A DNA stretch of 60,710 nucleotides from an uncultured Bacilli bacterium (GCA_910577075.1 CAJTKV010000002.1:20455-81164); one strand, 5' to 3'; counted from the first letter of the stretch, positions 10,317 through 20,168 are shown. The notes: generated by a model not told the origin, from the letters alone. Numbers and translations: made by a program.

Positions 10317-10688
10317 ATGGAAAAAGAATATCCAAGTATCTTAAGAGATACAATTGATTTTACAAGTGATACTGAAGTATGCAATATTGGTTATTATGAG
10401 GGCATATTTACCGATGGAAGACCAGTAAGAGTTGAAGTATGGTCATCCCATAATGTTGTTAATGCCACCATCTTCTTTTCGATAATCGATTTAGAAGAGA
10501 AGAGTGAAGAGGAAGTAAAAAATTTGCTTGTTAGTAATGAAATTATTGAACTTCGCGAAGATAATGCCTATGTAACTGAGTATGAAGATGCTAATGAAAA
10601 TATCTTCATATCTATTAATGTTGCTCTAGAAGAACATGATAGAGAGATAAATAAGTGTTTAGTACCTTTGAAAGATTATGTAATATAA
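10317..10688 (+). CDS. Hypothetical protein (123 aa)
   Basis: ORF 4 nt after the previous stop, with a hairpin plus T-run downstream. No motif recognised. Confidence 0.55.
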   Translation: MEKEYPSILRDTIDFTSDTEVCNIGYYEGIFTDGRPVRVEVWSSHNVVNATIFFSIIDLEEKSEEEVKNLLVSNEIIELREDNAYVTEYEDANENIFISINVALEEHDREINKCLVPLKDYVI

Positions 10689-10776
10689 GGGACAAATTGT
10701 CCTTTTTTATTTGACGGCCTAGATAATTTATGACATAATAAAATTAACTAATGGGGTTATAAAGGAACGTGAGTTT

Positions 10777-11607
10777 ATGAGCCGTAAAGAGCCAAAAATA
10801 TTTGAAGATGTAGATTCAAGTGAACAAACTATTAGACTAGTAAAAGATGTTCCCGTTGATGGCAATTCTAAAGAGACTAAAGAAGTAGATGTTTTAGCCG
10901 ATTTTAAAGATGAAGTTAAAGAGGAACCAAAGCCAACTAAAAATATAAAGGTTGTTGAAGTATCAGATGAAGAGGATATTCCTTTTGAACCAACAAGAGA
11001 ACTAAAAATAAAGCGCACTAATAGTTATAATGAAAATGATGAATATAGGGAAAAAGTTATCGTAGATCACAGTGAGAATTACGTTGGTGTAAAAAAGATT
11101 ATCATTGGTGATGAGACAACTACTTTGCCAGTATACAAGAAGCCTAAAAAGGATTTCCAAACGATTTTAAGAGATGTCTTCATTTACCTAATGATGGTTG
11201 CCATTGTATCTATTTTAGTAATTCTTTTATTAAAGTATTGTAATAAAGAGGATAAAGATACTTTACTAGATATTTCTACAAGTACGACGACCACAACGAC
11301 GATTACATCATCAGTACCTAGTACAGAAACGACGACGACACTAACGACGAATTCAGTGAAGACTGAGACAACGACGACGTCAAGCACCAAAAAACATGGT
11401 TTAGCTATTCCTCAAACGCCAAAACCAACTAAATCAACCAAGACAACGGCAAAGCCAAATAAACCAGCTGAAAAGCCAGCTGAAACACCAATTGGAACAA
11501 CAGAACCAACCGAGAAACCGACAACAACAGAGCCACCTACGGAACCATCTAAACCCGAAGAACCAACAACGACAAATCCACCCGATGAATCAGATAATCA
11601 AGGATAA
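10777..11607 (+). CDS. Single-pass membrane protein with a Thr/Pro-rich extracellular tail
   Basis: Acidic N-terminus, TM 'VFIYLMMVAIVSILVILLL', then poly-Thr and 'KPTxxTxKP' low-complexity sequence. A TTGACG/CATAAT promoter-like pair lies upstream. Confidence 0.65.
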   Translation: MSRKEPKIFEDVDSSEQTIRLVKDVPVDGNSKETKEVDVLADFKDEVKEEPKPTKNIKVVEVSDEEDIPFEPTRELKIKRTNSYNENDEYREKVIVDHSENYVGVKKIIIGDETTTLPVYKKPKKDFQTILRDVFIYLMMVAIVSILVILLLKYCNKEDKDTLLDISTSTTTTTTITSSVPSTETTTTLTTNSVKTETTTTSSTKKHGLAIPQTPKPTKSTKTTAKPNKPAEKPAETPIGTTEPTEKPTTTEPPTEPSKPEEPTTTNPPDESDNQG

Positions 11608-11691
11608 TTCCTTGTTTTTCTTTACGTTAATATGTACTATAAAACTTAATATTTTCTCCTTTTTCATTTATAATATAGATAGGTGATACTT

Positions 11692-12441
11692 ATGGATTTT
11701 AAAGATATCTTAAATCGAAACATAGAAAAAGAGTTTGTCTCTCTAGGAAATAATGCTGAAGAAGAATTATTGATTGATATAAATAGATATCCATCAATTA
11801 TAATTACGGGAGAAACGGGAAGTGGAAAATCTATTCTTTTAGATCAAATAATTCTCCAACTAATTAATAAATATACTTCATTGGAATTAGGAATTATCCC
11901 GATTGATACATCGGGCGTCGAACTAAATTATTATAAGGAAAGTTCCTATACCCTATTTAATGCTATTAATGATGAAGAAAAATCCATCGTCGCATTAACT
12001 CGTGTTTTAAGAGAAGTTGAAAGACGCAAAGATTTATTAAAAGAACAGGGCGTTACGACAGTTAAAGAATATAATAAAGTTGCAACTTCTAAATTGCCTT
12101 TATTATTAGTCGCTATTGATGATGATAAACTATTATTGCGAAATCCTGATATGGAAAAACTCTTAAGTGGCATAATCAGCCAATTGACGGGATTAAACAT
12201 TCTATTTGTTCTAGCCACCAGTGATGTTCACAATAAATTCTTTGAACGAGATAATAACACTTTAGCATCTATATTGATAAGTTTTGATTATACTAATTCT
12301 CTTGAATCTAAAAAAGCCAATATAGAAGGTGCACAAGATTTGGCAATTGGTGAATTCTTAGCTCGCAAGGATGAAAAAGTCACCAAATATCGCAATTATG
12401 AATTTGATGATAATATTATCTTTGAAGTGCTATCTAAATAG
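11692..12441 (+). CDS. Stand-alone FtsK/SpoIIIE-like P-loop ATPase domain protein (motifs partly divergent)
   Basis: Walker A 'ITGETGSGKS' (nt 11809-11832), 'IPIDTSGVELNYY' (FtsK 'iDpK.vEl..Y'), 'LPLLLVAIDDDKLL' where FtsK has 'vvviDElADL', and 'ILFVLATSDV' where FtsK has 'lilATQRP'. No TM or gamma domain. RBS 'aggtga' precedes the ATG at 11692. Confidence 0.7.
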   Translation: MDFKDILNRNIEKEFVSLGNNAEEELLIDINRYPSIIITGETGSGKSILLDQIILQLINKYTSLELGIIPIDTSGVELNYYKESSYTLFNAINDEEKSIVALTRVLREVERRKDLLKEQGVTTVKEYNKVATSKLPLLLVAIDDDKLLLRNPDMEKLLSGIISQLTGLNILFVLATSDVHNKFFERDNNTLASILISFDYTNSLESKKANIEGAQDLAIGEFLARKDEKVTKYRNYEFDDNIIFEVLSK

Positions 12442-12449
12442 GTATAATT

Positions 12450-12896
12450 ATGCAGGATATATTAGGTGAATTGCTCAAAGAAACAGATTATCTTGATCCA
12501 TATTTAAGACAATTTTTAAAATATCTTAATGGCAAAGATATCCTTGTAATTGGCAATAATGTTGACTTTTTAAACAATAAATTAAAGACTAAGGGTTATA
12601 ATGTTGAAAACTTGGAAGTTTTGAACAGAGAAAATCCTTCTAAATATTCCGGAATCATTCTTTTTAACCATCTAAATAAACTAGATAATAATACTATTCC
12701 TAATTTTTTAGAAGATATTTCCAATATTATTCAAGATAATGGTTTAATATTTATAGTTATTCGCGTTAATAAAGATACCAACAACTATAATAAAGAGTAT
12801 TTAGATGTAGTTATGGAAAAAAATTATAATTTTATTGAAGAATTAAACAGCTACGAAAATCTCAAATTCTATATATATGAAAAAAAACACTGTTAA
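12450..12896 (+). CDS. Hypothetical protein (148 aa)
   Basis: ORF 8 nt after the FtsK-like gene. There is a faint Rossmann-like 'ILVIGNNVDF..KGYNVENLEV' but no Gly-rich SAM loop. Confidence 0.5.
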   Translation: MQDILGELLKETDYLDPYLRQFLKYLNGKDILVIGNNVDFLNNKLKTKGYNVENLEVLNRENPSKYSGIILFNHLNKLDNNTIPNFLEDISNIIQDNGLIFIVIRVNKDTNNYNKEYLDVVMEKNYNFIEELNSYENLKFYIYEKKHC

Positions 12897-12945
12897 ATGC
12901 GTTTTTTTTTTGCTATAATAACTTTAGATAATAAGGAGGCATAGT

Positions 12946-14673
12946 ATGGATAACGCAACTGTTATTGCCAATGTTGAAACTCTTTTACCTAAAGAGACAA
13001 TTAATGGCAGATATATTCGTGGCCCAATAAACGTGCCTCTTAAGACCTTTTTAGAAGAAGTATTAGTTAATTTTATAAGTCCTGGATCGACAATTGATCA
13101 AGTTCTTAACTATATCGAAACTAAAGTTTTACCCGATGTTGTACCAGAGACTAAAGTAATTGATGTATCCATAGATTTTGGAGCGTTAGAAAATAAAGAT
13201 GTTCAATCAAGGGAAGAACCAAAAGATGCGTCTATTGAACAATTAGCTCCAATCGTGGAACTTGAACAGAATACTTTTATTCCTATTAATCCCTTGTTGG
13301 GAAAAGAATGCGTAGACGAATTTATCAAAAACTGCGTAGGTTTTGTTGCCACTGTTAGAACAAGTGAGGTAGTCGTTGTTGATACACGAGAATATTTATA
13401 TAGCAAAATAGCCTTCATGAATAGTGAACAAAAAATTCTCATTGGTGAAAGTTATAAAAGCATCGACGAAGTCTATAATATTTTATTAAATAATTCTTAT
13501 CGTCCAGCCACACTTGTTGATAAAACCGAATTATGTTCTTATTTAGCGGAACAATTAGAGCCAGAAGTTTTAGCTTCTACTATAAAAGAATTAAATATGA
13601 CTACTAGGGAGTATATTCTTGAGGTCATACCTAAGATGATGATTAATGCAACCGAAATAGCCATTTCAGGTAACATTGTATCCGTCGATAAGATTATCGA
13701 TCAAATGGCTAAAAAACAAAGAGAGATGCTTGAAAAAGAGCGTGAGAAAGAAAATAATGAACGCTTAGAAGAGTTTAATCGTACGGGAGAAAACCCTTCC
13801 TTATTAAGTGAAATAAAATTGGAACTTGATAAAGAAGATGCTATTGAAGTAACTGCTGAGATTCCTATTGTTTCATCATATTTAGTAACTCCCGAAGAAG
13901 TTGCAGCTTTAAGTGTGCTTCCAACAGATAGAATTTATGGCAATGATGATCTATATTATCAAAGTATGTTAAATAACTTAAAGCAAACTATCAGGGACAC
14001 AACAAATGAACATGATTTAACAACAAAAGAAAGCGGAAATAACAATTTTTCCTTTGAAGCAATAGCACAAGAGGCATTGCAGAAAATACCAACATTTGAA
14101 ATGCAACAGTTAATAAATTCTACATCTGAACTTATTGGAACCAAACGCAATGAACTTATAAAGGTATATAGCAATCAGGAAGAATACTGTGATGCAATTA
14201 TGATGGAAATCAGCACTATAACTCGCAAACTAGAATTAGTAGATAGCATAGATTCCTTCAGTGAAATCAAAAATCAAATAACCCGCCTAACAATTGATTT
14301 AGTTGCAAAAAATATTAAAGACATGCGTGTTAAACAGGCATTAGATGATTTAAATACAGCTTATCGACAGGCATTCACAAAATATAACCTAACGCAAAAT
14401 GATTTTGAAAAACAAAAAAATGGTGTTGTCGAAAAGATAAACAATCGTCTAAGTGATATAAGACGCAACTATGCTAGTTTAATATATATAAAGGATATTA
14501 GTAATTATCAAAGTATGGTAAATAGTACTAATTTAAATATTGAAGCATTAAAGGGAGAAATAGAGCAGGCAGTAAGCACTCACCTTTTAACAGAAGAAGA
14601 GGTTAATACTTACTATTATGAATTGAATAGATTAAATACATTAGGAACTGTAAAGAATAGATTGGGAACATAG
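12946..14673 (+). CDS. Hypothetical protein, partly coiled-coil (575 aa)
   Basis: RBS 'aaggagg'. Long ORF with typical codon usage. No motif recognised. Confidence 0.6.
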   Translation: MDNATVIANVETLLPKETINGRYIRGPINVPLKTFLEEVLVNFISPGSTIDQVLNYIETKVLPDVVPETKVIDVSIDFGALENKDVQSREEPKDASIEQLAPIVELEQNTFIPINPLLGKECVDEFIKNCVGFVATVRTSEVVVVDTREYLYSKIAFMNSEQKILIGESYKSIDEVYNILLNNSYRPATLVDKTELCSYLAEQLEPEVLASTIKELNMTTREYILEVIPKMMINATEIAISGNIVSVDKIIDQMAKKQREMLEKEREKENNERLEEFNRTGENPSLLSEIKLELDKEDAIEVTAEIPIVSSYLVTPEEVAALSVLPTDRIYGNDDLYYQSMLNNLKQTIRDTTNEHDLTTKESGNNNFSFEAIAQEALQKIPTFEMQQLINSTSELIGTKRNELIKVYSNQEEYCDAIMMEISTITRKLELVDSIDSFSEIKNQITRLTIDLVAKNIKDMRVKQALDDLNTAYRQAFTKYNLTQNDFEKQKNGVVEKINNRLSDIRRNYASLIYIKDISNYQSMVNSTNLNIEALKGEIEQAVSTHLLTEEEVNTYYYELNRLNTLGTVKNRLGT

Positions 14674-14681
14674 GTGATATT

Positions 14682-15092
14682 ATGACAGAAGAATTTAATG
14701 AATTATATAACATGTTATCTACAGATCGTGAAGATGTAAAAAATATTAAAGCCAACAGTGAAAAAGATATCAGTATGCTACTAGGAAGGGTTCGCTCTTA
14801 TATTGTTGACGATATTAACATGGAATCAGATTATAATTTAGATACTGATTATGAAAGATACAAGGTTGATAATATATTTTTAAATTATAATGTTCGTAAA
14901 GATATAACAGAATATAAAATAACTCTTCTACAATCATACTTACAAGATTTATTTATTGAAAAAAAATTCAATGAATATCGAAAACAAAAAGAAGAAGCAC
15001 TAAGTAAGACAGAATATCTAGAGTATATGCATAACACAACTGTACGATCAGATCGTATTGCTGCTTGGTATCAAGAATTTATGCAAAGATAG
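14682..15092 (+). CDS. Hypothetical protein (136 aa)
   Basis: RBS 'aggtga', starting 8 nt after the upstream stop. No motif recognised. Confidence 0.55.
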   Translation: MTEEFNELYNMLSTDREDVKNIKANSEKDISMLLGRVRSYIVDDINMESDYNLDTDYERYKVDNIFLNYNVRKDITEYKITLLQSYLQDLFIEKKFNEYRKQKEEALSKTEYLEYMHNTTVRSDRIAAWYQEFMQR

Positions 15093-15205
15093 TTTATCTA
15101 TCTTTTTTTATTTGATGTAAGCTTCTTTAATAGTATTATTTCTCTAATTTTCTTTTTAATTGATAATAATATATTAATAAACAGTAAAAAAAGATTAGTT
15201 ATTAA

Positions 15206-16423
15206 CTAATCTAAATAATATATATCTAAATCAACATTACCCTTTATACCAGGAACCTTACCTTTATCACTAAACTGCCACATCACACCATTCTTGTGCA
15301 TCTCTGTTTCACTAGCATAATGAGCTTGCCATACTGGATAATCTTTTCTATTATTCCATATGTGATTCAAATAGTATTTTGAGGAATATAACATTGTCTC
15401 ATAACCATTTTTCTTTAATTCATCAGCAAATGCTTCAAAGTTCATATTTAAATCATGAATTGAAACATTATATTCTCTTATATATTGCCAATTTTCCCAA
15501 TCATATGCTATTGGAAAATCTAATTTCATACCGTTTAGATTTTTTACAACCCATTTAGCATGTTCGCGTGCCTTATCTTGATTTAGAGCTACACTGTAGA
15601 GATAAACTCCAACTTTCAATCCGGCATTCTTGGCATTTTCAATATTTTTTTGATAAAATGAATCCATCTCCAAATCCTTTTTCGATCCGGATTGTACGCC
15701 CATTCTCATCATAACAAACTCAACACCGGCATTTTTTACCTGTTCATAATCAATATCTCCTTGCCAGCGTGAGACATCAATGCCAATCATTGTATCATCA
15801 AATTTATATTTATTTATATATTCTTGAATATTATATTGCGGTTCACTTGGCGTTGGATTATTGGTCGTTGGTTTCTTAGTTGTCGTACTTGTTGGCTTTT
15901 TAACTTCTGCAACCACCTTAACAGTTAAATTTCTAGAAGTTTCATTATTTGCTTCATCACTAAAAATATACTTAACACTGTAATTACCTATTTTATTGAT
16001 ATCGTATTCTCCTTCAATACGACATTTTGGTTCGCGGTCATAATTGTCGATGAAATTAGCTCCTTCACAGGGGTCAAATTCTGCATCCTTAACAACTGTT
16101 TTTGATGAAGGCGCACTCAAGACAAAGGGCGATTCATTATCACTTAATTCATAAGTTATATCAAACTTATAAGTTCTCTTTTTAAACTTATAATCCAAAG
16201 TAACTGTATGATTACCTGTCTTATCATTCACGACGTACTCATCCTTATTTAATATTTCAACATTGGTATCTTTTACTAAATCCGCCATTTTTATATCTTC
16301 AAATACTAAATAACTATTTTTATTTAAATTTATATAGGCATCTTCGGGCATTTCATACTTGTCATAGCCACATCCTGTTAATAAACTAGTAGTTATTAAC
16401 AATAACATAATTTTTTTCTTCAT
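15206..16423 (-). CDS. GH25 muramidase (lysozyme) lipoprotein with N-terminal Ig-like domains
   Basis: Lipobox 'LLTGCGY'. GH25 signature 'IGIDVSRWQGDIDYEQVKNAGVEFVMMRMG' with 'VGVYLYS' and 'PIAYDWE'. A Thr/Pro linker joins the domains. The start is uncertain (16423, 16429 or 16459). Confidence 0.85.
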   Translation of the reverse strand: MKKKIMLLLITTSLLTGCGYDKYEMPEDAYINLNKNSYLVFEDIKMADLVKDTNVEILNKDEYVVNDKTGNHTVTLDYKFKKRTYKFDITYELSDNESPFVLSAPSSKTVVKDAEFDPCEGANFIDNYDREPKCRIEGEYDINKIGNYSVKYIFSDEANNETSRNLTVKVVAEVKKPTSTTTKKPTTNNPTPSEPQYNIQEYINKYKFDDTMIGIDVSRWQGDIDYEQVKNAGVEFVMMRMGVQSGSKKDLEMDSFYQKNIENAKNAGLKVGVYLYSVALNQDKAREHAKWVVKNLNGMKLDFPIAYDWENWQYIREYNVSIHDLNMNFEAFADELKKNGYETMLYSSKYYLNHIWNNRKDYPVWQAHYASETEMHKNGVMWQFSDKGKVPGIKGNVDLDIYYLD

Positions 16424-16495
16424 AAACATCACTAAGTCCATTATATAATAAATTTTCAAATTATGATATAATTATTAAGCGAAAGGTGAGGTTTT

Positions 16496-17071
16496 ATGGC
16501 AACACAAAAAGAGGATTTTAAATGTCCTAATTGTAAAAAGAAAAATCGCATAAAGATAAAAAGAGAAGTAACAAGTAAAGATATTGATAAAATAATTGAT
16601 CGCTCCCTTTTCAAAGTAAAATGCCTTGCCTGTGGCGAAACTGTAACTGTTGATTATCCAATCAAAGTTGTAGATAAAGATTTCGTTATTTATTATACAC
16701 CATGTTCATCCGCGGAAATAGAGGATGAATTTCATGAATACATGCGTGTATGTGATACGTTTGATGATTTTAAAGAAAAATTGCTTATCATGCAGGATTC
16801 TTTAAATGACGTAATTATTGAATTAACCAAAGATTACTTAGTATCTACATTAGATGAAAAAATAAAAAAGGAGATAAGGGATATAAGATATGATGGCAAT
16901 AATGCTGAACACCTTATATTCTATTTAATTGGTGCTAATCAAAGTGTTGGATGCAATAAAGAAATCTATCAAAAATTATTGAAGAAGTTTAAGATAAAGA
17001 AAATCCAAAAATGTGTAAATATTGATCATCAGACTTATAGAAAATACTTGAAAAAGAGGTTATTAAAATGA
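16496..17071 (+). CDS. CpXC domain protein
   Basis: Two CxxC pairs, 'CPNCKKKN' and 'CLACGETV', with CpXC spacing. The stop overlaps the next start (ATGA). Confidence 0.7.
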   Translation: MATQKEDFKCPNCKKKNRIKIKREVTSKDIDKIIDRSLFKVKCLACGETVTVDYPIKVVDKDFVIYYTPCSSAEIEDEFHEYMRVCDTFDDFKEKLLIMQDSLNDVIIELTKDYLVSTLDEKIKKEIRDIRYDGNNAEHLIFYLIGANQSVGCNKEIYQKLLKKFKIKKIQKCVNIDHQTYRKYLKKRLLK

Positions 17072-18951
17072 ATATAAGTATAAAAAATGCATCTGTTACT
17101 CTATCGGGAACCACAATTCTCGAATATGTTAATTTTGATATTAAAGATCATGATCATATTGCCATAGTTGGTCGAAACGGAGCTGGCAAGACGACTCTTT
17201 TGAAGGCCATAATAGATAACGAAATGTTTGATGAGGGTATCGGTGAAGAAAAATTTCAAATTACCAAACTGGGAAAATATAATGTTGGCTATCTCCGCCA
17301 AATAGAATTTGAAAATGAAAATACAACTCTCCTTGATGAAGTTAGAAAATCCTTTAAAGATCTAATTACTATAGAGGAAAAGATAAACGATTACGTTGCC
17401 AATATTAAAGAAAATAGCAGTGAAAAATACATTGCTGAATATACAGAATTACAAGAGAGATTTAAATTACTTGGAGGATACTCATATAAGAAGGAATATG
17501 AAGTAATGCTCAATAAATTTGGTTTTACTGAAGAAGATAAAGCTAAACCCATTTCGGAATTCTCTGGAGGCCAACGCACCAAAATAGCCTTTATTAAACT
17601 TCTTTTATCAAAGCCTGATTTGCTTATTTTAGATGAACCAACTAATCATTTAGATATTGAAACTATCGAGTGGCTTGAAGGATACTTGAAAAAATATAAA
17701 GGAGCAATCATTATTGTCTCTCATGATCGAATGTTTATTGATAATATTGCCAATATTATATACGATATAGAATATGGTCGTACTACTAGGTATGTCGGTA
17801 ATTACGAATACTATGAAAGAGAAAAACAACTTAACTACGAGAAAATGTTATACGATTATGAATTTCAACAAAAGGAGATTAAACGCCTAAGAGGCATCTA
17901 TGAAAGATTTAGATTTAAGCCATCTAAGGCTTCTCTTGCCATGTCGCGTCTTCACCAAATTGAGAAAATGGATATCATAGAAAAGCCCAATAAAATAGAT
18001 ATGCGCGTGTTTAAGACCAATCTAAGTGAGATTGAACCATCTGTTAAAAAAGTATTAATAGCCGAGGATTTAGTCATCGGTTACGATACTCCTCTTGCCA
18101 CCATTAACCTTGAAATTATGCGTGGTAAAAAAATCGGGGTAATTGGCAAAAATGGAATAGGAAAATCAACTCTTTTGAAAACTTTAAATGGACTTATTCA
18201 ACCATTATCAGGAAATGTCAGTTATGGATTAAAAGTTAATCCTGGCTATTTTGATCAGAGTCTTGCTATGATTGATTCCCATAAAACAGTTTTAGAGGAA
18301 TTTAGAAGTCATCTGCCAAAATTGACCGAACAAGAGGCTAGAAGTGCCTTAGGATCTTTTCTCTTTAAAGGAGAAGATGTATTTAAAACCATAAATGTCT
18401 TATCAGGTGGTGAAAAGGTTCGCCTTCAGTTATGTGAAATCCTTTACAATAAGCCCAATTTTCTAATTCTTGATGAGCCAACTAATCATATGGATATTGT
18501 TGGAAAAGAACACTTAGAAAATATTCTATCCGAATATGAAGGAACAATCATATTTGTCTCCCATGATCGTTATTTTGTTAAAAAAATCGCCAATGAATTA
18601 CTCGTCTTTGATGACGATGGCGTAAATTACTATCCATATGGCTATGAAGAATATATGAATAAAACGAGCAATGAAGAGAAAAAAGAACTAGAAGAGGAAA
18701 AAAAGAAAGAGATTAAAAAAGAAGTTAAAAAAGTTAATACCTATGACGCTCGTAAGACATTAAACAAAATAGAAAACGAGATTATTAAACTAGAGACAAA
18801 GATTAAAGAGTACAACAGTGAACTATTTAAAAGTGATGTTTATAACGACTTTAATAAAAGTGCCTCTATCAATTCTAAAATAGAAGAACTTAATAAAGAG
18901 TTAATAATCAAAAATGAAGAATGGGAAAAGCTAATTGAAGAATTAACATAA
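17068..18951 (+). CDS. ABC-F family ATPase (two ABC domains, no TM, K/E-rich C-terminal coil)
   Basis: Two Walker A motifs ('GRNGAGKTT', 'GKNGIGKST'), two signature motifs ('FSGGQRTK', 'LSGGEKVR'), 'ILDEPTNHLD' and 'ILDEPTNHMD', and an inter-domain linker. Confidence 0.9.
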   Translation: MNISIKNASVTLSGTTILEYVNFDIKDHDHIAIVGRNGAGKTTLLKAIIDNEMFDEGIGEEKFQITKLGKYNVGYLRQIEFENENTTLLDEVRKSFKDLITIEEKINDYVANIKENSSEKYIAEYTELQERFKLLGGYSYKKEYEVMLNKFGFTEEDKAKPISEFSGGQRTKIAFIKLLLSKPDLLILDEPTNHLDIETIEWLEGYLKKYKGAIIIVSHDRMFIDNIANIIYDIEYGRTTRYVGNYEYYEREKQLNYEKMLYDYEFQQKEIKRLRGIYERFRFKPSKASLAMSRLHQIEKMDIIEKPNKIDMRVFKTNLSEIEPSVKKVLIAEDLVIGYDTPLATINLEIMRGKKIGVIGKNGIGKSTLLKTLNGLIQPLSGNVSYGLKVNPGYFDQSLAMIDSHKTVLEEFRSHLPKLTEQEARSALGSFLFKGEDVFKTINVLSGGEKVRLQLCEILYNKPNFLILDEPTNHMDIVGKEHLENILSEYEGTIIFVSHDRYFVKKIANELLVFDDDGVNYYPYGYEEYMNKTSNEEKKELEEEKKKEIKKEVKKVNTYDARKTLNKIENEIIKLETKIKEYNSELFKSDVYNDFNKSASINSKIEELNKELIIKNEEWEKLIEELT

Positions 18952-18962
18952 AAGAGGATACA

Positions 18963-19211
18963 TTAATTTGTATCCTCATTTAATTTATCATAAAGTTTTA
19001 AAACTTCTGTTTCTTTTACATTTTGAACATTGTAATATCCATCATCTTTCATCGTTTGATATAAAGTATCTTGCATATTTAATGTATCACTTAATCCATT
19101 CTCCATTAAGCTGCGAACCTTTTTGTTGCTCGATTCCACTGTTCCATTTTCATAAAGAGTGATTAAACTTTTAGTTAAAGTTAAGACATTTTCTAATGTA
19201 TATTTATCCAT
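18963..19211 (-). CDS. Coat F (CotF)-like domain protein
   Basis: 'LTLTKSLITLYENGTVESSNKKVRSLMENGLSDTLNMQDTLYQTMKDDGYYNV' matches the CotF-family helical pattern ending in 'GwY'. Confidence 0.6.
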   Translation of the reverse strand: MDKYTLENVLTLTKSLITLYENGTVESSNKKVRSLMENGLSDTLNMQDTLYQTMKDDGYYNVQNVKETEVLKLYDKLNEDTN

Positions 19212-19396
19212 TATTTATTCGCCTCCAATAATTTTAATATCTTTTTATTTAAATTCTCATAATTAGATAACTGATCTTCTAATAAAGAACAGTATTCTTC
19301 ATTACTTACTTCTTCCATTGATTTACTGATAATACTTATCATTAATAATTCATGATTATATATATCTTCTAAATAATTTAATTCTTTTTGACTCAT
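19211..19396 (-). CDS. Small helical protein upstream of the CotF-like gene
   Basis: The ATG at 19396 is preceded by 'aggaga'. The stop overlaps the downstream start by 1 nt. The longer 93-aa start lacks an RBS and would abut the divergent gene. Confidence 0.45.
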   Translation of the reverse strand: MSQKELNYLEDIYNHELLMISIISKSMEEVSNEEYCSLLEDQLSNYENLNKKILKLLEANK

Positions 19397-19485
19397 AAAA
19401 TCATCTCCTGATCTTATTTTGTGAACTTTTAGTTTATTTATACCTGCAAATGTGTTATCATAGGGATTTATGAAAGAGGGAAAAT

Positions 19486-20091
19486 ATGACAACTAAATTA
19501 ATACAGAAAAACGTCTGCCTTATGGATGGAACTAAAATAAAAGTTGATATTTCTATACCCCTAAGAAGCGAATCAGTTTTAGATGAATCTCAAGAAGAAT
19601 GGGTTATGGAAATGCTAAACAATCAAGTTATTAGAGGATTAAGGAATAGCATAGATGCTTACAAAAATAGTGAACTTCCTAATAGATTTTTATATCCTCA
19701 AAATTATACAATAACAAATTCCATGCCTGCAGATGCCTTAGGAGCATTTTGCTTAAGAGGTGATGATATTTTTGTCGATGCTGATGCGATTTCTAATATT
19801 GGAAGAACCTCTTCATCATTCCTTTTGGGGCATGAGATGGGACATAAAATAGAAAAATACACTGATCCTACCGAGGCCTTCTGGGCTATTGCATCGGCAT
19901 TTGGTACGGGCATTCAAGATAATGAAGATTTTTTAAGAGAAATGTATGCCGATATATGTGGTATAATCGTTAGCCAAAACAATGATGCTTCTTTAGTTCA
20001 CCTTGGGGGCTATAGCTTAAATGAAGTATTCTCCAATGATCACACCGAACATTTAAAAAGGCGCGTATTAAGCAACATTTATCACGTTTAA
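19486..20091 (+). CDS. Hypothetical protein with an HExxH motif (putative metallopeptidase)
   Basis: 'FLLGHEMGHKIEK'. RBS 'agaggga'. No signal peptide seen. Confidence 0.45.
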   Translation: MTTKLIQKNVCLMDGTKIKVDISIPLRSESVLDESQEEWVMEMLNNQVIRGLRNSIDAYKNSELPNRFLYPQNYTITNSMPADALGAFCLRGDDIFVDADAISNIGRTSSSFLLGHEMGHKIEKYTDPTEAFWAIASAFGTGIQDNEDFLREMYADICGIIVSQNNDASLVHLGGYSLNEVFSNDHTEHLKRRVLSNIYHV

Positions 20092-20168
20092 AATAAAACT
20101 ATTAAGTTTTATTTTTTTATTTACAATAATATGATATAATGTACTAATCTAAGAATAAAGGTGATAAA

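Noticed and set aside
10728-11686. Track ORFs 10728..11018(-), 11184..11390(-) and 11492..11686(+)
   Set aside because: They are shadow frames of the low-complexity Thr/Pro/Lys-rich membrane protein gene (10777..11607). Their compositions (poly-Val, poly-Gln/Asn) are mirror or shifted images of acg/cca repeats.
11692-12441. The stand-alone FtsK-like ATPase as a component of the T7SS
   Set aside because: It is 37 kb from essC and separated from it by housekeeping and wall-polymer loci. No WXG-like or YukD-like genes lie beside it. It is treated as a separate observation.
12450-12896. The 148-aa ORF as a SAM-dependent methyltransferase (a possible partner for the orphan endonuclease)
   Set aside because: There is only a vague Rossmann-like strand-loop ('ILVIGNNVDF'). 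The G-x-G-x-G SAM loop and the catalytic motifs are absent, the protein is too short, and it is far from the nuclease gene.
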